A stretch of 64,000 bases of DNA, taken from assembly GCF_004010195.1 (NCBI RefSeq), contig NC_057756.1, positions 3,959,232 through 4,023,231 on the forward strand, given 5' to 3'. Origin of the DNA: Chiloscyllium plagiosum. Its lineage: Eukaryota. A program made the translations under genes and the position numbers. The notes beneath the pieces are model-generated. The model saw only the letters and a program-made list of their open reading frames with translations. It was not told the DNA's origin and ran no database searches. Every line of letters begins with the position of its first letter. The first letter of the stretch is position 1. Shown one piece after another: positions 42,150 to 55,640 of the stretch.

Positions 42150-45100
42150 TGTGAACAGTTAAGGTGCAAAGCTGGCAGAGTGTTGTCATCTTCCTTTTGG
42201 ATGTGGGGGCGTTGAAGGATTTCAGTTAGATTGCGAGGTCGAATAGGCTGGGGCTGTTTTCCCGCCAGCGTCAGAGGCTGAGGGCTGACCTTGTGGAGGT
42301 TTAAAAACGATAAGGAGCATGGATAGATCAGGGTGACACCAGAATTCTGTGTTGCCTCCTGGTGCCAGGATCAAAGATGTCTCGGTGGGAGTAAAAAAAA
42401 ATTCTCAAATGAGAGATGGAACAGCAGGAGGATCTATTACATTATAACTAACGAGAGGAAAGGACGACGTTCGGAAGAGTGAATGTAAGATTTTGGCAGG
42501 AATTTATAAGGCTGTTCGTCTAGGATATCTGGATTATTGCTGATGCAACGAGAATAGCAAGAGGTAGGAAGATAGAGCAGTTGAATGCGTGGCTGAGGAC
42601 ATAGTGCAGGGGAGAGGAATTCACATTTTTGGATCAATGGACTCTATTCTGTGTTAGACGACACCTGATTAATAAGGATGGACTGCACATGAATTGAAAA
42701 GGGACTCAAATACTAGCGGGTAGACATTCTTCGGCTGCTTGGGAGAATTTTGTAAAGGGTGGGGAGTTCGGAGTGTGGGACCCAGGCAGAAAGTGTAAAA
42801 ATAGATCAATATGATCTGGGTGTAGTTGGAAAAAAGGGACATGCAATACAGTCAAGGCAAGCATGGACAATGCAGAGAACGATTATGACTGATAAAGTTC
42901 GCTGCATTTCTTTAAAGCAAGAGGTATAATAGGAATGGTTGATGAACGTAGGGATTCCTTGACCTACTCTTGGGGAAAATGGCAGCACTCCGTTAACACT
43001 GAGAAACTTTTGGGGAAAGTAAGCATAATTATATTAGTTTAAAAGTAATGTTGGGAAAAGTTAGACAGGACCAAAATGTTAAATTTCAAACTTGGAGGAA
43101 TACTTATTTTCAAGGTATTCAGTAATAACTTTCAAAAGTTGAACGGGATGGATTTTCGGAGATAAAGAGATGTATGGAAAGTGGGAATCGATCAAGAATG
43201 AGCTAACGAAAGTCCAGAGACAGGTTGAACCGTTAAGGGAGAAAGGCACGACTAACAGTTATTAGGGAATGCTAGTTAACAAAAGAAACTGAGTTTCTTG
43301 TCAAGAAAAAGTTGGAAAAATTCTCAGGTGTAAACAGCAAAGATGGAGTGAAACCTTTGGAGAGTATAAAGGCAGTAGAAGTATGCTTAAGAGAGAAATC
43401 AGGAGGGAATAAAATGGGAAATGAAATGGCATTGGCAAACATGCTTAACGGAATTGCAAAGGGACTCTCCGAATATAATAAGGATAAAATGCAAACAAGA
43501 GAAAGAAAAGGGCATCTAAAAATTCGCCAACGTCGCCGATGTGTAGCGCTGCGGGAGACGAACAGAAGCTAAGTGTGTCTTTTGCATTAAAAGTGTATGG
43601 AAGCAAGAGAACTTGAGTAAATAAATAGTGCCATCTTGACAAAGGTCCATATTACCGACGAAGAGGCGGTGGACGTCTGAAAACGAATTAGGATGGGTAA
43701 AAGGCCTCATCTTGATCAGTTGTACGCGAGAAGTCTGTGTGAAGCCAGGGAAGTGATTGCTGGGTCCTTGTTGAGATACATACGTCATCGATAGCCATTG
43801 GTGATGTGCCAAAAGACGAGCAGTTCTCTTATGCGCTGTTGCTATTTAATAAACATAGTATGGGAACGTCAGGGAACTGTAGACTAATAAGCCTGACATA
43901 ACTGCTTGTGCGAATCCTGAGGGACACAACTGATATGTATTTGGAAAGGGAAGGACTGAATAGGAACAGTGAACATGGATTTCTGTGCGGGAAATCCTAG
44001 CTCTCTAACTTAATCGAATTCTTTGATGAAGTTCCAAATAAGATTGATGAAAGAAGAGCAGTGGATGTGATCTTTTTAGACTTCAGTAAGATGTTTGACA
44101 GGGTCCCTAATGATATATTTCAAAACAATGTTCGATCGCATCGAACAAAGGTAGAAATGACCATTTAAATACTCACTTACCTCGAAGGTGGGAGATGGAG
44201 TGTGGTGGTGGGAAGTTGTTTTTTGATCTCAAATACACGACCAGCAGTGTGCCGTAAGGATGGGACCAAGATCCATTTTTGTTTCATTTATATAAGTGAT
44301 TTGTATTTGAACATAATAGTATGGTTAGTAAAATTGTAGATGACACGATAATGTATGGTGTGGTTGACAGTGAGGAACGTTATCTCAGAGGTCAACAAGA
44401 GGAAGGTCAGATGGACAGGTGAATGGGCATATAGCAGGAGGAGTTTTATTTAGCTATCTGTGAGTTGCTGCATTTTTAAAGGGCAAATAAGGACAGGACA
44501 TACATACTTAATGGTTATGTCGTTGAAGTGCTGATGACCAAAGAGGCTTTGGAGTTTAGTTTCCTTTTTGCATGAAATTAGAGTCGCAGGCATACGGGTT
44601 AGTGAAGTAGGCATTTGGCACGCTTGCTTTGTAGGTCAGTATATTGTGTATAGAAGTTGTAGTTGTACAGAATATTGTCTCGGCTACATCTGCAATACTG
44701 CATGAAATTCTGTTCTCTTTCCTATGGAAAGTATAATGTGAAAATGGAAAGGTTTCAGGAAAGATTTCCAAAGATGCTACCAACTTTGGAGGGTTTGAGC
44801 ATTTGGGAGAGGCTGTGGCTACTTTGCCTGGTGCATCGGAGTTTGAAGAAATCACGATTGATATGCACAGAGGGAATACCTAATGTCTTTTCTTCCAGCG
44901 TAGCGGAGTCCACAACTACAAAGTATGGGTTTAAGGTGGGAGGGGAGAGATTTTTAAAAGGACCTAAGGAAGAACCTTGTAATGCAGAACGTGGTGTACA
45001 TATGGAATGAACCGCTAGAGGAAGTACTGGAGGCTTATACAGTTGCAATATAGAAAAGGCCTCAGAATCGGTATAGGGATAAGCAGAGTTTAGATGGATA

Positions 45101-45210
45101 TGGGAAAATGCTCATAAATGTGAATGGATTAAATTAGGACATCTTCTTGGCAAGGATAATTTGAACAAAACGTTCTGCTTCCACGATGTGCAAATCTAAG
45201 AATCGAATAC
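42150..45210 (+). mobile_element. Old decayed CR1-type LINE spanning ORF1 remnant to 3' tail
   Basis: SNLIEFFDEV..VDVIFLDFSKMFDRVP near 44000-44110; HLQYCMKFCS..MERFQERFPKMLP. Confidence 0.85.
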
Positions 45211-45829
45211 AGTGCAACTGTCTTAGTAGATCTACAGAAGGTATTAGAAATAATATTTCACCCTGATTTCATCTCATTAGATTTTGAAAAAAAAAAATAG
45301 AAGGGTAGCAGTCGTTGAACAATGGTTAGACATAAGAATTTTGAAAATAAACGCCAGTGATTCTGTATGTGTCATTGACAGACAAAGCTGTTCATAAAAC
45401 TATCAAAGAGTTCATTCATATATTTTATTATGTTGCTAAACATACAGTCAAAACAAAATGAGTAAGAGAGAAGGAAATCCCGACTAGACCCAGAAGAATG
45501 ATGGTAGATTAAAACAATGAAACGTCTTAATGCAAGTAATTAATACTGAACCGTCTAAATGAGTCATTGTGATTATGATTTTCTTGGTTTTGGTCTAAAA
45601 ACAGGTAAAATGAATCAGATGGTAAAGAACATGTTGCCAGCTTGATATAAAATGTTCATAAATAGAAACTTTGCAGTCAATAATTAGAGTGATCACTGAC
45701 AATTCCGCTTTTGGATTGCAATTAATTGCTTAATAGTTAATTTATAATGCCGAATCATAAGCACCATTATTGGTAGTTGTTGGGAATATGTCTTAAAAGA
45801 TCATTATTTCTCAATGGTCAATGGCAGGT

Positions 45830-48775
45830 ATCATAGAACATAGAACAGAGAACTGTGCAGCACAGTACAGGCCCGTCGAACCAAGATGTTGTTGATGCTT
45901 CTTAACACAAGACCAACCTAAGCTACACACATCGCAATTTACTAATGTCCATATATTTGCCGAGCAGTCGCTTACATGTCTGTAATGTCTCTGAATTTAC
46001 TACCACCGCTGGCAGAGCATTCCACGCACCTACCACTCTCTGAGTAAAGAATCGACCTCTGACCTCTCCCTTTTATCTTCGTCCAATCACCTTCAAATTA
46101 TCACCACTCGTGACAGCCATTTTTGTCAAGGGGAATGTCTTTGTATATATACTCTATCTAAAGCAACTCTAAAGCAACTACATCCTTCCAATAATGAGGT
46201 GACCGAACTGAAAAAAAAAATCCAAGTGTAGTTGAACCAGGGTTTTATAGAGTGGCAGCAAAAACTCACAGCTCTTAAACTCAATCTACGTGTTATTGAA
46301 AGCCGAAACACTGTACACGTTCATAAAAGCCCGATCAAATTGGGTGGCAACTTTGAGGGTTCTATGCAGGTGAAACTCAAGATCCCGATGTTCCTCAAAC
46401 TGTCAACAATCTTGTCTTTCACCCTGTATTCAGCATTCAATTTCGAACTTTGGAAATGAATCTATTCGCATTTAACTACGTTGAAGTCCATCTGAAATTA
46501 TCAGCCTACCTCTGCATGTTGTCAATATCTTGTTATTGCAACAGCCGTCGACACTGTTTGCAACATCACTGACATTTTCATCTTTGGCAAACCTACTAGC
46601 ACACTCTTCCACTTCTTCATTCAAGTAATTTATAAAATCTACAAACAGGAGTGGCAGAAGATAAGAAACCTTCAGGTCGAATGCTTTCCATCCACAACCA
46701 GTTGCTGTCTTCTTTCAGCCAGACAATATTGTGTCCAGACAGCCAACTTTCTCAGGATACCATCCCTCCTTACATTCTGAATGAATCTACCGTTAGGAAA
46801 TTCTGAAAATGCCTTACTGAAATGTATATACACCACACCCACTGCTCTACTTTCGTCAACTTGCCTTGTCACCTTCCTCAAAGAACACATTAACGGTTGT
46901 GAGGCATGAGCTCCCCAGCCCTCGACAAAGTAATGCTGACAATCTTTAATCAAACTATGTTTTTTTCACCATATAATCATAAATACTATCTCTTAGAATC
47001 ATTTCTATTCCCTCGCTTACCAAAGACGTAGGACTGACTTTTCTGTATTTCCCAGAGATTTCCCTCTTCCATTTCTTGAATGGTAGTAAACATTCACCTC
47101 CCTCCACTCATTCCGGTACTACTCCCGTGGCGAATGAGGATGCAAAGACCATCGCCAGTGGCCCAGCGATCTCATTCCTCGCCTCCCGTAATAAGCCCGG
47201 GGAACTTATTTATTTTGATGCTTCCCAGAATTTCCAGCACATGCACATACTTAATACAAATCTCTTCAAGCATATATACATATATGGTCCACTGTGTTCT
47301 CACTATCAATACGATCCCCCACTCTAGTGAAGATTGAACCACAAAAACTCTTTCAGATCCTCCCCTCTCTCTTCAGACTCCATGCATAAGTCCCGTTAAT
47401 ATTCCTGATCACTCCTGTCAACTCTCTGATCAGTCGTATTTTTCACGTAAAATACCTTTGAGCTTTCACTAATCCTTCCTGCCAAGGCTTTCTCGTGCCT
47501 TCACATACCTCTCCTCAGTTCATTTTTGAGTTCGAAACTAGCTAGCTGTTATCTTCTAAAGCTATGCCAGATCCTTTTTTCCATACACTTAAGTAAGCTT
47601 CCGTCTTCTTCTTGATGAGAAGTTCCACTTCTCTTATCATCCAGAGCGTCTTCCCCATTAACTTTCCTTGCCTGTCTCTTTGGGACAAACTTGCCAAAAA
47701 AGTTGCAAAAAGTGCTGCTTTAATAGCCACAAATTTGTATTGTGTATTTCAAGTGGAACAATTGTTTCCAAATTATACTCTGCAGGTGCTCTCTTATAGC
47801 AACATAATTTCCCCTTTCCCGATTAATTACCTTCCCATACTGTCTGCTCCTATCCCTCTCCATGGTGATAGTGAAGGTGAGGAATTTGTGGTCAAGTCAC
47901 CAAACAGCTCTCCCACCGTGAAAATCGATACTTGGGTGGCGTCTTTGCCAAGCCCGATATCCAATATGGCCTCCTCCCTAGTCGGCTTGTCTACATATTG
48001 AGTCAAGAATCTTTCTTGGACAAATCTGACCAAATGGGCTCCATCCAAACAATCTGCACTAAGGAGTTTCCAATCACTACGGGGGCGGTTGAAGTCAACC
48101 ATAAGAATAACTCTGCTACATGTACATCTTTCCAGGATCTGCTGTCCAATCTGTTCTTCCACCTCTCTGCTGGTATTGCGGTGGGAGGGAGGTCCATGTA
48201 ATACAACCTAGCAAGTGGTTCTTCCTTTCACCTTACTGACTTTCACCCATTATGATTCAGTGGACAAATCCTCCTGAACAGCCTTCATTTCTACAAATGT
48301 AATCAACTGTACTCCTCCCCCTTCTCTTTTCATCACCTCCGTGTTCTTTTGAAAATATCTAAACCCTAGAATGCCTATCAACCAATCGTGACCGTGAGAA
48401 GTCTTTGAATCTGTTATGAATACAACATAATATTTCTAAGCAGTGATCCATGCTCTAAATCCATTGCTCTACTTTCTGGTACTCCTTGCATTGGAAAAGA
48501 CGCAGTTTAACCCAAATCTTTGCCCCATCAATAATGTATCCTTCCTGGCAGACTCTACATTCCATTTCTGCCCGTTCAACAACGATCCTCTTCGCTGGTC
48601 TGTAGCTGTAGGCCCCATGCCATTGGCAAACTATTGAAACCCACTGAAAGTGTTCCAGAAAATCTATCACCAAGGATATTTGTTCCATTTTAGTTTCAGT
48701 GCAATCCATCATTCGTGTACAGGATTCACCTTCCCCAGAGATACCCTCCCTCATAATAACGTTTCTCACGAAATT
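45830..48775 (-). mobile_element. Decayed CR1-type LINE on the minus strand
   Basis: VILMVDFN..FVQERFLTQYVDKPTREEAILD; VDESRAVGVVYIHFSKAF; CATAGAACATAGAA tail at 45832. Confidence 0.9.
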
Positions 48776-48876
48776 CATTGTTTAAGTCATATTAAGAAGA
48801 AAATTATTTAACAGAGGAAGAATGTCATTGTGCGATAAAAATAGTTAATGGAATGTACAATGCATTTATTCCATAG

Positions 48877-48903
48877 TGAGAACACTGCTTGAGAAAGAAA
48901 ATG
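48877..48903 (+). CDS. 27-nt phase-1/1 micro-exon 8, (M/V)RTLLEKEN
   Basis: catttattccatag|TGAGAAC...GAAAATG|gtaagt; consensus donor. Confidence 0.8.
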
Positions 48904-51414
48904 GTAAGTTTCTCTGCAGCCAATCGTTCAAAGACTCATGAAAACCTTTGCATCTAAACAATTCTCTTCGAATTTGTTTTGTCACATCAAATTTAATGGA
49001 ACATTTATAAAGCATTCACTGGTTTTCCATGTAAAATATGTCATTCTCAGGACTGGAGGAGATTATTCCTTACCAAATAAAATAAAATCCCTTTGTGACA
49101 CTCATTCGTGCAGACCAAAGGAAGCATGAAGGTTTATTTGCTCCTTATGTTTCCTTTTGTGTTCTCTTACTCTGTGGGTCTGTAATTCCTCACGGCAAAT
49201 AATGTATTTTATTTTATGCTGGTCTCTTTATGGATGAAACGTTTAGAGATAGCAGGCAATATTGACAGAGCAAACTGTCAATTAGGGGAACACAGAACAG
49301 ACCTGTAATTTACTTATCACAAAATGTATGCAGAGCATTACAAATGATTTTTGAACTTATGCCTCAGTCGAATACTCAAAATGTTTCCCTCCCATAGCAT
49401 AATGCAGACTCAAAACTGACGTGAAAGCATTCTGCTTTAACAATTCCCTTCCAATCTCAAAAACGTACCGTGATTCTGTTTTGTGAAAGGATACGTCCTT
49501 TGATCTGTCCAGTCAATTCCTGGTCAGAGTCCGTATGTAGACATAGTTATGTGCAACATCTCTGTTGGACAGCATAATGATTATCTTTTCAGTTAACCCA
49601 GCACCATTTCTTGCACAGCACTAAAAGACTAACCTCATTCATCATTTTTTTCATAGTTTTATGGCACCCCGAGTAAAGCTGTTTATGTGTTTGAGTTTTC
49701 AAGAGTGATGACACAGGCATAAGGATGGACAGCTCATTTTTCAAAATTATCAAAGGGTCTGTTTCAATGCCGTACAATACTATGACTATGACTATTGAAA
49801 TCGAGACTTAAAATGAAACAGTTAAAAGTCTATTTTCTCATATTTATTAAATTACTGGTCAAAACGCGTTTTTTTTGGTTCTGGCAACGTCAAGTGATCA
49901 AGAGCGATGGGACACTTGCAAGCACCATTCTACTATCAATATAATTTGATAATGGAAACTTACATTTTCTTATCGTCGACAATGCAATCTTCATGTATAA
50001 TTGTTGAGAAAACAGTTTTTTTTATTTCAAATTAATTTCGGTGCAGAATTTAAATTTGCGGGAGAACTTCATTCTAAGGCAAGTTTAGCATCAAACGTGA
50101 TCAACAAAGGAACACCATAATGCAGAGCAATTATTCTATGCCAGGAATTTTACCGGCAGTAGAATTGCTCCGTGCAGCAAGTTTTGGAGCAAAATCTGTA
50201 ATGTTGTCAGGGGCAATTTATAAATTATTTCTCTCTATGCATTACACTCAGCTGTATCTCATGATCGCCTATCTTTGCTAAAATTCGTTAAAGATTTAAT
50301 TCCATGCTGCGATGAACATTCATCATTGCACCGATGATAAATAGTTTTTCAGTACATTGCTGTCAACATTTCAAATTTAGAATTAGGACTGGTTTGCTAA
50401 ACTCCCCGAGCTTGAGACATTTGAGATTTGAAGAAATCCGTAGTTATTTATTTTATTTATAACAAATTTCTCGCAACAGAAAATGTAAGGATTGCTTAAC
50501 TTAGATTGGAACTCTTGATTTTCGAATTGTTTAGCTCTATTTGTTACGTCTTGCGCATTTAGAGCACATAAACAGTAGTCCAGAATATGAAAATATTTAT
50601 TTCGTGCATTATTCATTGATCTGTTGAGGTTTGATCAGTATACCAGAACAGAATCTACTGACTGAATTGCATATTTTTTCATGATGCTATACGTTGTTTT
50701 AATTTTCGCAAAAAAAAATTAAACATGATTGCAAATGCTCTCGAGGAAAACATGTATTTAATTTGTACTTGTTGCAGAACTATTTGAATGCCTTGTCTGC
50801 TCATTTTTATACTTTGTCTTGCTGCTGCTCAAACCAAAAATACAATAAGAAACAATCTTCTATCGTGTATTAATGAGAGTGAAGTCCAATGTTTCATTCA
50901 AAAATCTTTTGATAACCGTGCATTCTCAGAAGCAAAATAACGTTGCATGTATTTGCACTCATTTGAAGAATAGTTTCCTTCTCATACTCACATTGCATGA
51001 ATTATTATAATATTCATTGCACAACAGAATGGAACTGTTTTTATTTTCGTTTTCATGTGTGTTAATCATTGGACAAAAACATCAGTATGTTGTGAAGTCT
51101 CCAAAACAATAGTTTGTTTAAGTTGTAAGTGTGAGTATTCATGAGTCAAATAATATCAAACAAATCCGAAGCATTACCAGAATTCCACTTGCGGAAAGTT
51201 CACAATGACTGGGCAAGTAAGAACTAGATCCTGGTCGTCTTCTTCTTATTAATATTCTTCTTCATTCCTATGTCTCTAGAATTTAGCATGCTTCAGCAGC
51301 TTGCTATCGATAAGATTGGCAGATGTTTGTTCATCTTTTGGAAATTGCAATAATTATGGATCCATATGTCCTGAATGAATCGTTTAAAAGTAATCCTCTA
51401 TTTTGAGCTAAAGG

Positions 51415-51780
51415 TGAGAATATGAGAACTCGAAGAAGGAAGTGGCCATCTGGCACTTCGACTCTGCTCCAACATTCAATCAGATTATGGGTCATCTTTT
51501 CATGTCCTCAGTTCTACTTACCCGCCCTTTCCCATGCTCCCTCATAACTCTACCGTGCAAACAATAATCTGTTCCAACTTTTTAAGCACTTACTGAGGAA
51601 GCCATAAACAATTAACTGGACAGGGAATTCCACAGACGCATAATCCTCCGGGTGCAAAAGTTCCTTTGCGATTCCATTCGAAGTCTGCTCCCCCTAATTT
51701 TGAGGTTATGCCCATTTATCCTAATTTTAGCCGCCAGTTGAAATATCCTCTCTACTTCTGGCTTATCTATTCACTTCATC
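51415..51780 (-). mobile_element. CR1-type LINE 3' tail fragment
   Basis: GGCCAT..CTGCTCC..CATTCAATCAGAT and GGGAATTCCACAGA blocks typical of the reverse-complemented CR1 3' end. Confidence 0.7.
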
Positions 51781-52549
51781 GGGTGACGAAGAAGAGTTAA
51801 ATGTGCATTAATTGGCATTTATCACATTTCTATTTCTTTCAACATGAAATACTGATCTAATGAGTATGAATATTTCTAAGAACTTTCAGAAGTCACTTTG
51901 ATAAATGTGTTCTGATTTATTTCATTTCCTCATGTTGATGTCAAGTTTTATGCTTGGATTTCCGAATATCAGTTAAGCCTAGAATTTCTCAATCTGATGG
52001 ATCATGTCAATGCATTTTTTTCTCTCATGAGTGCATTTATTTGAGAAAGCCGTGTAAAATCCGGTGCAATGCTCATCTGTGAAGAACAGACTCACATCAG
52101 CCCTTAAGCCTTCAATTTTTGTTTTTTTTTGGAAACGAGATCGAATTGTAAGGACAAATTAGTTGCCTTGAGAAATTCTAAGTTGGTGAATTTCTATCTA
52201 AACAATGAAGTCAGTGTTTGACTAACTCTAACTGAATGAATGTGTGAGTAGTTAAATGTGTGGCAATGTGAATTAGACCATTTTTGGATCGTGTGTATTT
52301 GTGTGAATTCTGAAATTGTTTCAGCTTCACATAACAGTGCAGTTATCATTTAGTTAGATCGTTAATATTCTGGAGCATGTAGGCGCAAACTATGCATTAA
52401 TCGATGAATCTCGTTTCTCCTGCATTACCACAAAATCACAAACTGCGAATTCGACATATCATGCCAAAAGATAAGCATCCAATCATTTTACATTTCACGA
52501 GCATATCTTGCCAAAGAGCACTTACATTGCATTCTCGTTCTCACACTCC

Positions 52550-55500
52550 AAAATGGTTGATAAAACAACTCTTCTCCACAAAACTCACCGAAGAAATTGA
52601 ATTAAAAAATAAGCAGAGCAAAAGAATAACCATGAGAGATGAAAGAGAGAGAGAAAGACATAGAGGAGGAAACGAGAAAGAGAGAGAGCAGGACAGAGTA
52701 GAAAGAGAACGAGAGAGAGAAGAAAGAAAGGGAGAGAAGGTTCTATGCGGAGCAAAGAGAGAGAAGAAAGATAAAGGTAAGGGCAGAGAGAAGTGGAATT
52801 TTACAATTTGCGAATTAGTCAGTAAAATAAAGTTAAGAGGATAGAGGTGAAAAGAAAAGCAACTGACCTATATAAATATATGAAAATATTGGCAGATTTT
52901 ATTGAGAAAGATGTGGAAGCCTCCAAAATTTCATTTGAAAAATTGGCTCGGCAGTTGGATTTGTCAGAGAACATGCTGGTAATGCTCGTTCAGACTAAGT
53001 TGGTATGCAGAGCTATTGAAGTATATGTAGCGCTGTTAGTTGAAGGAATAAGTGATTATGCAGATGTCAAACAGGCTATTTTGTGTACTTATGAATGGTT
53101 CCAGCAGCGCATTGACAGCAGTTCCGAAACATGAAGAAGGAATTTGGTTAGACATTATGTTGAGCTTGAAAGAACTAAACAATGTAATTTTTGTAGATGA
53201 CTGTGGGCCTGAAAATAAATAACACTTATGAGGTTCGAAGAGTGATTGTTTTCCTGGAGAAGTTTTAAATTCACTTCTATAGCTGATGAGAATTAATGTC
53301 GTTAAATAGAAATTTGAAGGAATGAGAAGAGCAGTAGATATTGCAGATGAATGCGCATCAGTGCATAAAGCAAAAATTAGCTTCGGCAAGTATTTCATTC
53401 TGTGAAGGATAGAAATTGGGACAAAATGTAGATCCTACACGATAAAACAATGATTAGAGCACACTGGTCATAGTTTAACACAGGTGAAGAAAGAAGCCCA
53501 AGAGAGTAAAAAGTAGGTGAAAGGTCACAGGTGTTTCAACTGCCATAATGTGGGACATGTAAAGTCACAGTTCTGCTCTTTGACGAAAGGCACTGTGGGC
53601 AAAGTTGGAGTAAAAGATGCTAAGTCATGGCATGAGGGAAATTCTTAAGGAACCCCCTCGAAAAGTCGAGAAGGTACAGGAGAGTGCACAGCATATTCAG
53701 AGGCTTCGTATTGTGTTCGTGCATGACCCCTATAAAGTTTTGGCCTCTGTGGGATAAGTTTCATCAGGAAGAACAGGGGACAAGGGAAAGAAGTTATAAT
53801 TTTGAGAGTTACGGGATCTAACCAGTCTCTTATAGGAATAGATGAACGTAATTGCACAGTTTGTGACATTACCCAAGAGAAGTGGTAATTTGTGGAATAG
53901 ATGGACAGAAATTTAGTGTTCTCCTCTGTAACATCAGGTGGGAGTGTCACATCAAGATTGGATGAGTAACAGTGGGAGTGATTGACACTTTGTCAGTTCC
54001 AGGAATGCAGTTTTTTTCTACGGAATGATTTAACAGGATCCGAAGAGAGAGTCATGCCTCTCGTTTTTGAGAAGCCAAAGGAAGACTCTGGAAATTTTCC
54101 AGGCTGTATAGTGACAAGATTCCACTGTCATAAATAACAGCAAAACGCAAAACTTCAAGCAGAAACATGAAGGAGTTTATTTTAAGCAGACATCCTCTTT
54201 GATGTAATGATGCAAGAAATAACTGAACAGGAAGAGGAGAAAGTGAGGTCTGCAGATGCTGGAGATCAGAGCTGAAAATGTGTTGCTGGAAAAGCGCAGC
54301 AGGTCAGGCAGCATCCAGGGAACAGGAGAATCGACGTTTCGGGCATAAGCCCTTCTTCAGGAATGAGGAAAGAAGGGTTTATGCCCGAAACGTCGATTCT
54401 CCTAAACAGGAAGAGGGTCAGGCAGACGTGTTTAGTCCTGAAATGCTAATCGACTTACAACAGTAAGACCGAAAATAAACTGATGCATACATTGATGCAT
54501 GTTCAGAAAATGAATCCAAATGTATTCCTGAGGGATATTATCTTAAAGACAGAATCCTGAGATAAAAATGGAGACCATGGCAGGTTATTGCAGACGGAAG
54601 TGCACCAGATTGTGTTGCCAGTAACATACAGAGAGAAAGTCGTATGGGTAACACATGAATTACCAGTAAGAGGTCACCTCGGTGTGAGGAAGATTCAGGC
54701 TAAGGTACAAAAGCATTTCCATTAGCCTGGACTGAACTGATGGATTTCAATTTTACCATACATACCATATGGGCTAAATAGTCGGCAAGTCACAGGCAGT
54801 AATAAAACTAGCGCCTTTGTTGCCAACACCAATGTTCGAAGAAACATTCATGCGGGTTATAACTGATTTTATAGGACCGTTCCAAAAACTAAAAGTGGAA
54901 AAAAGTTCGAGCCTAACCTAATGCATGTGTCTACAAGGTTTGTGAAAACAATTCCATTATGGAGTATTAAGGCAAAAAGAGTGGTGGGGGAGTTAACTGC
55001 TTTCTTTACGCGGGATGCCCTATCCAGATAGATTCAGTCAGACCAACAGTCTAAATTTACATCTTGGCTGTTTAAGGAAATCATGAATATCTTAGCTGCT
55101 CAGAACTTTAAATCAAGTGCGCATCATACTGAATCCCAGGGAGTTTTGGAAATTTGGCATAAACCCTGAAGACCATCTTAAGAGCGTACTGATGGGATTA
55201 TGCGAATGATCGGATAAAGGCATCCCATTTGTATCGTTAGTCATTAGAAATATCCGAACTTGCTCTGTTTACTCCGTTCGAGTTAGTATTTGTCTATGAA
55301 GAGAGATGGCCTCTTAAACTAATATAAGAAAATTTTACAGGACCGAAGTCAGAGATCTCGTACTTGATTATGTATCCGAAGTGAGGGAGAGATTAAATCG
55401 GGTAAGTGATTCAATTAAACAGCACGTGAAGAGGGCAAATAGAGGGAAGCACGTAGTAGATTCAAAATACTGAAATTCGAACGTACTCCCATGGGCATTA

Positions 55501-55640
55501 AATAATAGAATTAGTACCAATCATCAGAGATCCCTCTGAAACCAAGCTCAATGCTCCGTATAAATTAAGAAAAAAAATAAGTCAGGTAAACTTAACTGGG
55601 AACGATGCCCGACAGAAACTAAAACTTTATCATGTACATC
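52550..55640 (+). mobile_element. Decayed Gmr1-like Gypsy element: gag, zinc knuckle, protease region, integrase
   Basis: EKDVEASKISFEKLARQL gag; CFNCHNVGHVKSQ knuckle near 53532; HELPVRGHLGVRK..KHF, IQSDQQSKFT and SAHHTESQG integrase motifs at 54650-55150. Confidence 0.88.
54235..54403. mobile_element. Young copy of the palindromic hammerhead-bearing short element inserted in Gypsy
   Basis: Near-identical to the reverse complement of the 7313-7525 copy; minus-strand CTGAAGAAGGGCttatGCCCGAAACGTC; AACAGGAAGAGG repeated at 54226-54237 and 54405-54416. Confidence 0.88.

Noticed and set aside
52404..52844. 146-aa ORF with an E/R-rich coiled-coil-like tract
   Set aside because: GA-rich part of the decayed Gypsy gag region, unrelated to the micro-exon gene
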